From Amphritea japonica ATCC BAA-1530 (GTDB lineage Bacteria > Pseudomonadota > Gammaproteobacteria > Pseudomonadales > Balneatricaceae), in NCBI RefSeq assembly GCF_016592435.1, contig NZ_AP014545.1, positions 1,518,693-1,558,692 of the forward strand: a stretch of DNA of 40,000 nt, read 5' to 3'. Positions 10,723-17,735 of this stretch are shown here, piece by piece. The position numbers and the translations under genes were made by a program. Below the pieces are notes generated by a model that did no database searches, was not told the DNA's origin, and saw only the letters and a list, made by a program, of their open reading frames with translations. How positions within the stretch are numbered: the stretch's first letter is position 1; each line of letters begins with the position of its first letter.

Positions 10723-12777
10723 ATGCCCAAATATGGTTTTTTCGATTCTACATTGTCGGCCGTGGATGCGGTAACGGCAGGGCTGGAATATGGTCAGCTA
10801 GAGGCCTGTGAACAGGGGCTATACTGGATTGAGTACCGGCCTGCAGACGGGGGGCGAAATGTTCTGGTTTACCGTAGCTGGGAGGGCAGAAAAGCCTGTT
10901 TGACGCCCGCCGGTTTTAACGTTCGTAGTGGGGTGTATGAATACGGTGGTAAAAGCTGGTGCAAGCTGGCATCGCAGATTGCTTTTGTAAACGCGGCAGA
11001 TCAGCAGATCTGGCTGTGCGCCGATGAACCCCCATTACCCCCATCTTCAACATCCGCTAGTCAGTCAGACTCTCAAACGAGGCCTGAAACAGAGCCCTGG
11101 CAGCTGACTCATAATAGCGATTGTCGCTATGGCGACCTGCTGTATGATGCCACGCAGCGACGTATTATCGCCGTGCAAGAACAAACAACGGCGGACTCGA
11201 CTCAGCCTCGTCATTCATTAGTCGCTATCTCAATAGAGAGTGGAATCGTCACCGAATGGGTCAGTGGCGATGATTTTTATGCTGCGCCGACCCTCAGCGC
11301 TGATGGGCGGCTATTTGCCTGGCTAAGCTGGGACCACCCGCATATGCCCTGGGTAAGCACCCGGCTGAACAGCGCTCGTATTAATGCCGAAGGCGAACTG
11401 AGTGCTCACCGGGTACTAGCGGGAGGCACCACGGAAGAAGCGATTCAACAGCCCCGATTTATGCGTGATAACAGTCTGGTGGCGATAAGTGATAAAACGG
11501 GCTGGTGGAATTTATACCGTTATCTATATAAGGATGGTTTTGTTGAGACATCGCAGGAGCTGACCGGTGGCATAGAGGAACGAGAACCAGGCGGTCTGTC
11601 GATTGAGGCCGAAGCCCTGTGGCCCCGCAATAACGATTTTGGCATTCCGCAATGGCAGTTGGGGGTGTATACCTGGGATGAACTGACCGACCCTCAGAGG
11701 GAAGATAATCAGTCACTTTCTAATCAGTTCTTTGAGCATCCTTGGGTCGCCTGCTATATGGAACAGGGTGAAGGCCGACTGGTAATCGGGTCTGTTTCTA
11801 TGCCTGAGCAGCGGCTGGCTGAAACATACAGCTTATTTCGCCATGTGTGCTGCTTTCGTGGCCATGTGTACTGTATTGCATCATCAAAAGCGCAGGGCTC
11901 TGCCGTCATCGAGATCGCACCGGCTAAGTCCGGGAGTGAGGCGGTTAAAGTGATTGCGGGAGGGCAATTACCCGGTATTCAGGTGAGCGAGCCGGAACCA
12001 CTTCACTACCCGGTGGCTGATGAGTCGGCATACGGGTTTCTCTATCGTCCTCAGCAACCTAAGCCCACGGAAGTTGGCGTACAGGAACAGGAAAGCCAGC
12101 CGCCCCTGGTAGTCTTCACGCATGGAGGGCCAACGGGGGCGACCTATCCGGTGTTTAACCCAAAGATTCAGTTCTGGGTCAGCCGCGGCTTTGCGGTGGT
12201 TGATCTGAACTACCGTGGTAGCACCGGTTATGGGCGGGATTACCGGTTGAGATTAGCCGGTAGCTGGGGCGAGACTGATTGGCAAGACGCGGTGGCAGTT
12301 GTTGATTATCTGGCGGGGCGAGCGCTGATTGATCCCAACAATGTCTTTATTCGCGGCGGCAGTGCCGGGGGCTACACGACTCTCTGCGCCCTGGCTTACA
12401 GCGAACATTTTAAGGGGGGCGCCAGTTATTACGGGGTGAGTGACCCTGTCGCGTTAACCCGGGATACGCATAAATTTGAAAGTCATTATCTGGACTGGCT
12501 CATCGGTGATCCACAAGCGGATGCGGCGCGATATCAACAACGCAGTCCACTGGCGCATGCCGACCAGATTCATTGCCCAATGGTTTTCTTTCAGGGGGGG
12601 AAAGACCGGGTGGTGGTGCCACAACAAACCGACGTTATGGTTAACGCGCTTAAGAGGCAGAACATTCCGGTTGAATATCATCTATATCCAGACGAGCAGC
12701 ACGGTTTCCGTCAGGCTGAGAATCAGATCCATAGCCTCGAAGCGGAGCTGGCGTTTTATCGTGGTCTGCTTAGCTGA
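10723..12777 (+). CDS. S9-family serine peptidase (prolyl oligopeptidase/dipeptidyl aminopeptidase type), pqq-linked
   Basis: 684 aa. The N-terminal part looks like a beta-propeller. The C-terminal alpha/beta hydrolase has the nucleophile elbow GGSAGGY and a late D...H (YPDEQHGF). It sits immediately after pqqE. Confidence 0.8.
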   Translation: MPKYGFFDSTLSAVDAVTAGLEYGQLEACEQGLYWIEYRPADGGRNVLVYRSWEGRKACLTPAGFNVRSGVYEYGGKSWCKLASQIAFVNAADQQIWLCADEPPLPPSSTSASQSDSQTRPETEPWQLTHNSDCRYGDLLYDATQRRIIAVQEQTTADSTQPRHSLVAISIESGIVTEWVSGDDFYAAPTLSADGRLFAWLSWDHPHMPWVSTRLNSARINAEGELSAHRVLAGGTTEEAIQQPRFMRDNSLVAISDKTGWWNLYRYLYKDGFVETSQELTGGIEEREPGGLSIEAEALWPRNNDFGIPQWQLGVYTWDELTDPQREDNQSLSNQFFEHPWVACYMEQGEGRLVIGSVSMPEQRLAETYSLFRHVCCFRGHVYCIASSKAQGSAVIEIAPAKSGSEAVKVIAGGQLPGIQVSEPEPLHYPVADESAYGFLYRPQQPKPTEVGVQEQESQPPLVVFTHGGPTGATYPVFNPKIQFWVSRGFAVVDLNYRGSTGYGRDYRLRLAGSWGETDWQDAVAVVDYLAGRALIDPNNVFIRGGSAGGYTTLCALAYSEHFKGGASYYGVSDPVALTRDTHKFESHYLDWLIGDPQADAARYQQRSPLAHADQIHCPMVFFQGGKDRVVVPQQTDVMVNALKRQNIPVEYHLYPDEQHGFRQAENQIHSLEAELAFYRGLLS

Positions 12778-12915
12778 TTCTGATCCCAGTGAAGGGCTGG
12801 TTCGCAGCTTTCCTCTCTTCTGATACAATGCGCGACTTTGAATCACCACCTGCCTGTATCGACAGTTGTATTCAACTCTCACACAGCGGCGTCCTGACAC
12901 ACTATCGGAGTAATC

Positions 12916-13494
12916 ATGAGTACAGAGCAAGCCTTACGTGACCGCAGCGAATCTAAATGTGAACTGTGTAGCGCTACCGCTAACCTGAGCGTGTATGAAG
13001 TACCGCCAAGTTCGAAAGGCGGTGTGGATGACTCTGTGCTGGTCTGTGATACCTGCAAAGGCCAGATCGAGAACCCTGCTACCACCGATGCAAACCACTG
13101 GCGCTGCCTGAATGACAGCATGTGGAGTCAGGTGCCAGCGGTTCAGGTAATCGCCTGGCGTATGTTGAATCGACTGCGTAGCGAAGGCTGGCCTCAGGAT
13201 CTGCTGGACATGCTTTACCTGGATGATGAAACCTCTCTCTGGGCACAGGCGACTGGCGAGCATCTGGACGATTCTGAAAAAGTCATTCACCGGGATAGTA
13301 ATGGCACTATCCTTGAAGCCGGTGACAATGTCGTGCTGACCAAAGATCTGGATGTAAAAGGTGTCGGTTTCACCGCCAAGCGCGGTACAGCGGTGCGGGG
13401 TATCTCACTGGTACAGGATAACCAGGAGCATATCGAAGGCCGGGTTAACGGTACACGACTTGTGATTCTGACCAAATTTGTTAAAAAATCCTGA
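12916..13494 (+). CDS. phnA: PhnA/YjdM-family zinc-ribbon protein (long form)
   Basis: N-terminal CELC...CDTC zinc ribbon. C-terminal PhnA domain: DSNGTILEAGDNVVLTKDLDVKG...LKRGT-type sequence. Confidence 0.75.
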   Translation: MSTEQALRDRSESKCELCSATANLSVYEVPPSSKGGVDDSVLVCDTCKGQIENPATTDANHWRCLNDSMWSQVPAVQVIAWRMLNRLRSEGWPQDLLDMLYLDDETSLWAQATGEHLDDSEKVIHRDSNGTILEAGDNVVLTKDLDVKGVGFTAKRGTAVRGISLVQDNQEHIEGRVNGTRLVILTKFVKKS

Positions 13495-13512
13495 TTCGAG
13501 TCTGAATCATAG

Positions 13513-13538
13513 AAACGCGCCTGAGGGCGCGTTTTTTT
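13513..13538. terminator. bidirectional terminator between phnA and intI
   Basis: AAACGCGCC-TGAG-GGCGCGTTT followed by a T7 run. On the other strand the A-run becomes a T-run after the intI stop. Confidence 0.6.
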
Positions 13539-14496
13539 ATAGTAAGTCTAACGGGCTGGACGTTCCCGCATAATGTTCGCCTATTACATGAGTGTAGATT
13601 TGAGTGGTTTTTACATCACTGTGACCTAGTAGTTCCTGTACGGTTCTTATATCCCTACCGGCCTCAAGCAAATGCGTTGCAAAAGAGTGTCGGAAGGTGT
13701 GGCAGCTCACCCGTTTGAATCGGATCTCAGTTTTAGTGAACGCCTGTTTAAGTGCTTTTCGTGGCGCCGAATTATGTAAATGATGCCGGCATAACTGCCC
13801 AGACAATGGATGCGGGCTCAGCGTGTTTGACGGGAAAAGATACATCCAGCCGGGTTGGCGAAAAGCGTTTGGGTATTTTCTACCAAGAGCAAAGGGCAAA
13901 GAAGGGCCAAGACCCTGGCTGTTGTCTTCTTGTTGGAGCTTTATCGCTTTAGACATTTGCGCCTCAATGGCTGGAAACAGACTTCGACTTAAAATTGTTT
14001 GTCGGTCTTTATTTCCTTTGCCGTCGCGTACTAATAAAGCACATCGTTCAAAACAGATATCCTGAAGGCGTAAGCGCAGACATTCAGTAATTCGAAGGCC
14101 GCTGCCGTATAGCAGCGAAATTATGAGTCTGTGACGGCCTTTCAATTGGCTCAGTACCGCATTAACTTCTGCTGGAGTTAAGACTACGGGAAGTCTCCTT
14201 GGGCGTTTTGCTTGCTTAAAACCCAGTTCACCTAGCTCAATTTTAAGTATTTTGTGGTACAAAAAAGCTAAGGCGTTCAGTGCTGTTTTTTGAGTATTAA
14301 TGGCGACATGTTGTTGGTTTGCCATCCAGGATAAAAATTCTTTAACCTGTACAGGGCCCATATCCGCGGGGTGCTTCTTATGATGAAAAAGGATATAGCG
14401 CTTGATCCACAAAAGATAAGTCTTTTCAGTGCGTATGCTATATCCGCGTAATCTAATCTCTTTGCGAACCTGTTCCAGAAAAGGACTTTTTGACAT
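13537..14496 (-). CDS. intI: integron integrase IntI (tyrosine recombinase)
   Basis: Start set at ATG 14496 (MSKSPFLEQVRKEIRLRGYS...), preceded by AAGGAGG. Catalytic residues are present: GLRITECLRLR, HTFRHSFATHLL, GHSDVKTTQIYTHV. The IntI-specific insertion (LSGQLCRHHLHNSAPRKALKQA) is also present. The track ORF reaching 14730 is an unlikely 78-aa extension. Confidence 0.9.
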   Translation of the reverse strand: MSKSPFLEQVRKEIRLRGYSIRTEKTYLLWIKRYILFHHKKHPADMGPVQVKEFLSWMANQQHVAINTQKTALNALAFLYHKILKIELGELGFKQAKRPRRLPVVLTPAEVNAVLSQLKGRHRLIISLLYGSGLRITECLRLRLQDICFERCALLVRDGKGNKDRQTILSRSLFPAIEAQMSKAIKLQQEDNSQGLGPSLPFALGRKYPNAFRQPGWMYLFPSNTLSPHPLSGQLCRHHLHNSAPRKALKQAFTKTEIRFKRVSCHTFRHSFATHLLEAGRDIRTVQELLGHSDVKTTQIYTHVIGEHYAGTSSPLDLL

Positions 14497-14518
14497 AAGA
14501 CACCTCCTTGTGAAGTTA

Positions 14519-14818
14519 TGTGCATCTGTATGTATATACAGTTTATTTTGTTCTGTCCAGCAGTTATGCTCAGTTTGTCGTTTTTGATAAGCGTGTTTTG
14601 TTACTTCAATGTGTAGCAAAACATTAAGAAAACAAAGGGATAGGTTAAAAACGCTGGCGGGATAGTGAGCCGGGTTAAGAATGCATATGCGCATTCTCGT
14701 TTTTGTCTTAAAGGAGATCGCGATGTTCAATAATTCCTCTTTATTATCTGATAGTTATCCTTCTTTTCATCAATTCTTCCTGGCATGCATGTGCGCCGGC
14801 GTAGTATTAAAATGTTAT
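14519..14818 (+). other. attI platform 1 (intI/cassette promoter region, leader, recombination core GTTAT at 14814-14818)
   Basis: This is the region between the intI start and the first cassette. It ends in AAAATGTTAT, whose GTTA matches the R' cores of the attC sites. It is duplicated colinearly at 26325-26626. Confidence 0.7.
14526..14541. promoter_or_regulatory. LexA (SOS) box in the intI promoter region
   Basis: CTGTATGTATATACAG matches CTGT-N8-ACAG exactly. It lies 30 bp upstream of the intI start codon. Confidence 0.65.
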
Positions 14819-14827
14819 ATGTTTTAG
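14723..14827 (+). CDS. attI leader small ORF (34 aa) reading across the recombination core
   Basis: AAAGGAGA lies 6 nt before the ATG. Translation: MFNNSSLLSDSYPSFHQFFLACMCAGVVLKCYMF. A homologous ORF sits at 26531-26626. Below the ORF-track size cutoff. Confidence 0.4.
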   Translation: MFNNSSLLSDSYPSFHQFFLACMCAGVVLKCYMF

Positions 14828-14853
14828 CCAATGAGGTTACTTTGAGAAAATTA

Positions 14854-15051
14854 ATGAGAGTATTGGGAGGTATAGTCGGTCTGCTTTTCGTCTTAGGCTT
14901 TACTTTTATGCTCTCAGAGAAAGTGGTGACATCTTTGTCAGGGATATCAGGAGTAACCACTGGTCTGTATTTCCTGATTTTTGCAATCACAGGTGAATCT
15001 AGTTTATTAAAAGGAATTAAAGAAATTGGTAATAAACTCTCACACCGTTAA
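14854..15051 (+). CDS. cassette 1: small two-TM membrane protein
   Basis: Internal ATG of track ORF 14785-15051, because the upstream part overlaps attI. Translation MRVLGGIVGLLFVLGFTFML...TTGLYFLIFAITG shows two hydrophobic helices. Confidence 0.45.
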   Translation: MRVLGGIVGLLFVLGFTFMLSEKVVTSLSGISGVTTGLYFLIFAITGESSLLKGIKEIGNKLSHR

Positions 15052-15054
15052 CAC

Positions 15055-15114
15055 ATATAACAAATCGCATAAGCAAGGACGCAGCAAGCTGCGCCGCTTA
15101 GCTTTGCGTTATGT
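15055..15114 (+). repeat. attC 1 (60 bp)
   Basis: R'' is ATATAAC and R' is GTTATGT. Inner arms AAATCGCATAAGCAAGG / GCTTAGCTTTGCG are imperfectly complementary. Confidence 0.8.
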
Positions 15115-15137
15115 ATTACCAGTTTCCGGAGTAATCA

Positions 15138-15539
15138 ATGAAGTGTGAAATCTGTGGAGAGAAAACGGGAATTAACTGGGGTGAAGGGAATACTGTTCTT
15201 TGCAAGAAGCATAGTGATAGAGCCAGTGAACTAGAGCCTTTTAAAAAAGCATCCCAAAAAGAAAATGAGGCAGAACATAAAAAGCAAGTTGAATTAGAAA
15301 AGAAGAAAACTAATTCTCCAAGTATGCTTCGGTGGAAGCTCTATGGCTCAATAATTATGTTTTGCTTGGTTGTAGTAGCCATTGCTACAGGAACCCTGTA
15401 CTTGCCAAGTAAGAGTGGTTTTTTATATAGAGGTGAAGATCCCGAAATGTTCTGGTCCATTACTGCATTTTGTTTTCTTTTGGCCTGCTATTCATCTTAT
15501 GAAGGCTATACGGGATTAAAAAAGCATAAAAATACATAA
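15138..15539 (+). CDS. cassette 2: zinc-ribbon-like N-terminus plus two C-terminal TM helices
   Basis: MKCEICGEKTGINWGEGNTVLCKKH (CxxC...CxxH), a Lys/Glu-rich linker, then TM helices. GGAG lies upstream. It is a paralogue of cassette 11. Confidence 0.6.
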   Translation: MKCEICGEKTGINWGEGNTVLCKKHSDRASELEPFKKASQKENEAEHKKQVELEKKKTNSPSMLRWKLYGSIIMFCLVVVAIATGTLYLPSKSGFLYRGEDPEMFWSITAFCFLLACYSSYEGYTGLKKHKNT

Positions 15540-15593
15540 CAAGACGCACAAGCAAGGACGCAGCAAGCTGCGCCGCTTAGCTTGGCGTTATGG
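15534..15593 (+). repeat. attC 2 (60 bp)
   Basis: R'' is ACATAAC (contains the stop codon) and R' is GTTATGG. The core GCAAGGACGCAGCAAGCTGCGCC is nearly identical to attC 1, 4 and 8. Confidence 0.8.
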
Positions 15594-15608
15594 CGCAAGG
15601 AGAGTTAA

Positions 15609-16190
15609 GTGCTAGTAGAGCATGCAGAAGACCTAGCTAGCTTTGTGAAGGAGCTTCAAAACGAAACCGATAGAGGTTTGCCGCTGGTTGGTGCAGCATT
15701 AATCGATGAAAAATTGCTGAATTCACTTGAATCATTTTTCGTTGAAGGCAAGTCTGCAAAGAAATTGCTTTCTTCCCCAAACGCACCGCTGGGAACATTC
15801 TCCTCAAGAATCGATGCTTGCTACAGTTTGGCTCTAATAGATAAATTTGAGTATCAAGAAATCGGATTAATCAGAAAAATTCGCAATGAATTTGCCCATG
15901 CTAAACACGGGATTTCATTTGAAAGTGAAAAAATAAAAGGGCTTTGTACAAGCCTTCAGTCACCTTTACCTGAAGAGGGAAATTACCCGGTAGGTACCTC
16001 TCGGTTTAGGTTAGTAAATTCCATAGTGTGTATTGTGTTACGCCTATACTATCGGCCGGAATGGGTGGCAAAAGAACGCCTAGAACCCAGAAGTTGGGTT
16101 CCAGACTCACGTTGGTACAACACAAATGAAAACCCACCACCTAAGAATGTTGGGTTCATGGGCTTGGTGCCAGAAAAGAATGAAGAGTAA
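15609..16190 (+). CDS. cassette 3: MtlR/YggD-like (mannitol-repressor fold) protein
   Basis: GTG start 6 nt after AAGGAG. The pattern NETDRGLPLVGAALIDEKL...PLGTFSSRIDACYSLALIDKFEYQEIGLIRKIRNEFAH resembles the MtlR/YggD family. Confidence 0.55.
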   Translation: MLVEHAEDLASFVKELQNETDRGLPLVGAALIDEKLLNSLESFFVEGKSAKKLLSSPNAPLGTFSSRIDACYSLALIDKFEYQEIGLIRKIRNEFAHAKHGISFESEKIKGLCTSLQSPLPEEGNYPVGTSRFRLVNSIVCIVLRLYYRPEWVAKERLEPRSWVPDSRWYNTNENPPPKNVGFMGLVPEKNEE

Positions 16191-16193
16191 GCA

Positions 16194-16274
16194 CCATAAC
16201 AAGGCACGCCACACTCGCCCGCGAGCGGGCTGGACTCGTCGCTTCGCTCCTCGCCTGTGCGCTGAGCGTTATGT
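16194..16274 (+). repeat. attC 3 (81 bp, GC-rich variant)
   Basis: R'' is CCATAAC and R' is GTTATGT. The internal sequence (CGCCCGCGAGCGGGC...) differs from the 60-bp class. Confidence 0.7.
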
Positions 16275-16305
16275 TTTTTTTACAGATCTAGCCAGGAATC
16301 ATGGA

Positions 16306-16677
16306 ATGAAGTTTATCTACGGGCTACTAGTAGCAACCCTCGTTATGTCACCCTTACTGGCTAGTGAAAGCGAAATCGAGACGAAGTACCATGCTTTCGG
16401 AATGGGTGTAACTAAATGTGTTGAAGTTAACGAAAACATCGAGAAAGAAGAATTTCAGTTCGTTTTAAAAGTATGGCTCACCGGGTACATGACAGCTGTT
16501 AATAGCATTTTAAATAAACACTCAATTGGTCTTAGTGGCCCCGATATTGGAAGGTCTATTGAAGCCATTCGTTCCTATTGCACTGTGCCGTCAAACGAAC
16601 AGGGTTCTATAAGTGAGGCAGCTGAAACATATTGGCGTGGGCGTATTAATGAAATGACGACAACAGTAGCCCAATAA
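16306..16677 (+). CDS. cassette 4: secreted/periplasmic protein of unknown function
   Basis: Start moved to ATG 16306; the track start at 16126 would translate attC 3. Signal peptide: MKFIYGLLVATLVMSPLLASE. Confidence 0.6.
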   Translation: MKFIYGLLVATLVMSPLLASESEIETKYHAFGMGVTKCVEVNENIEKEEFQFVLKVWLTGYMTAVNSILNKHSIGLSGPDIGRSIEAIRSYCTVPSNEQGSISEAAETYWRGRINEMTTTVAQ

Positions 16678-16694
16678 TTAGATGGTCCACAAAA

Positions 16695-16754
16695 ACATAA
16701 CAAGGCGCATAAGCAAGGACGCAGCAAGCTACGCCGCTTTGCTTGGCGTTAAGC
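16695..16754 (+). repeat. attC 4 (60 bp)
   Basis: R'' is ACATAAC and R' is GTTAAGC. Same core family as attC 1, 2 and 8. Confidence 0.8.
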
Positions 16755-16772
16755 CAATGAATAGAGAGATCG

Positions 16773-17708
16773 ATGAGTATTAAGCCAGATTGGAATGAAA
16801 TAGCTCTAAGGATTGGAGATGATCAAAGTCATGATGACTTGCATTCTGAATGGTCTAAAGAATGTAAGAAATGGTTAGAATCTATCGCCAGTGAATTTGG
16901 CAGCGATTATAGAATTGAAGAATCGCTAAACTTTTCGATTATGTCGAATGAAAGCGATCGGTATATTCATGTTTTTTCAGGCTTCTTAGAAAGAACATTA
17001 AAACGAATTTTAAGCACTCTTGAAGGAATTGCTTCCGACGAAGGATTTGGGAAGCATGTAGCATTAATCTTTCAAGATAGTGACCAATATTATGAATACG
17101 TTGGCATGTTCTTTCCTGATGAAGGGGAGTTCGGTCTTAGCTCAGGAATGTACATAAATGAAGGTTATGGTCATTTTGTATTTCCATCTCAAGATATAGA
17201 TTATGCTGAGCCAATTGCCGTTCATGAACTCACCCATGCTTGCTTGGTTCATCTGCCGATACCATTATGGCTAAATGAAGGCATGGCTGTTCTGATGGAA
17301 GATGTACTTGCAGGTAATCGCCTTTTTCTAGATAAAGAAATGGTTGAACGTCACCAAAGGTATTGGAATGAAGATACTATCCAAGATTTTTGGTCAGGCG
17401 AAAGCTTTATGGCAATTGATGAAGGTCAGGAGCTTAGCTATAACTTGGCTCACATTCTTGCGCGTAATATCTCCCAGGATTTTTCGGCTTTTGCAAAGTT
17501 CAGTAATCATGCAAATTACGAAGATGCAGGTGAGTCGGCAGCACAGGAATTCCTAGGCTTATCACTTACACAAATTGTTGGTTCGTTTCTCGGCGAGGGA
17601 AACTGGCAACCAGATGGTAGGCTTAACAAGGCGCTGCAACCGACTGCCAAAAGTGTCACTCGTTTTGCAAAAAGCCGCAAAATAAGCGCCACTTTTGTCA
17701 GCGGCTGA
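16773..17708 (+). CDS. cassette 5: putative zinc metallopeptidase (HExxH, peptidase-MA-like)
   Basis: 311 aa. It has AVHELTHACLVH followed by PLWLNEGMAVLMED, the gluzincin-type third-ligand motif. The last ~29 codons lie inside attC 5. Confidence 0.6.
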   Translation: MSIKPDWNEIALRIGDDQSHDDLHSEWSKECKKWLESIASEFGSDYRIEESLNFSIMSNESDRYIHVFSGFLERTLKRILSTLEGIASDEGFGKHVALIFQDSDQYYEYVGMFFPDEGEFGLSSGMYINEGYGHFVFPSQDIDYAEPIAVHELTHACLVHLPIPLWLNEGMAVLMEDVLAGNRLFLDKEMVERHQRYWNEDTIQDFWSGESFMAIDEGQELSYNLAHILARNISQDFSAFAKFSNHANYEDAGESAAQEFLGLSLTQIVGSFLGEGNWQPDGRLNKALQPTAKSVTRFAKSRKISATFVSG

Positions 17709-17722
17709 GCGCGGCGTTAGCT
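17621..17722 (+). repeat. attC 5 (102 bp)
   Basis: R'' is GCTTAAC and R' is GTTAGCT. Long arms: AAGGCGCTGCAACCGACTGCCAAAAGTG / CACTTTTGTCAGCGGCTGAGCGCGGC. Confidence 0.75.
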
Positions 17723-17735
17723 GTCTTAATAGAGT

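Noticed and set aside
12682-13121. Minus-strand ORFs (80-82 aa) across the S9 to phnA intergenic region
   Set aside because: They overlap the ends of two well-supported plus-strand genes, and no independent signals support them.
13537-14730. 397-aa version of IntI from the ORF track
   Set aside because: The extra 78 N-terminal residues start at a TTG and run through the LexA box and attI leader. ATG 14496 has a perfect AAGGAGG and gives the normal ~320-aa IntI length.
16126-16305. N-terminal extensions of track ORFs 16126-16677, 18025-18627 and 28397-28942
   Set aside because: The extensions are translations of the preceding attC sites or of the upstream gene's 3' end. Internal ATGs with SD sequences give clean signal peptides or lipoboxes (16306, 18139, 28550).
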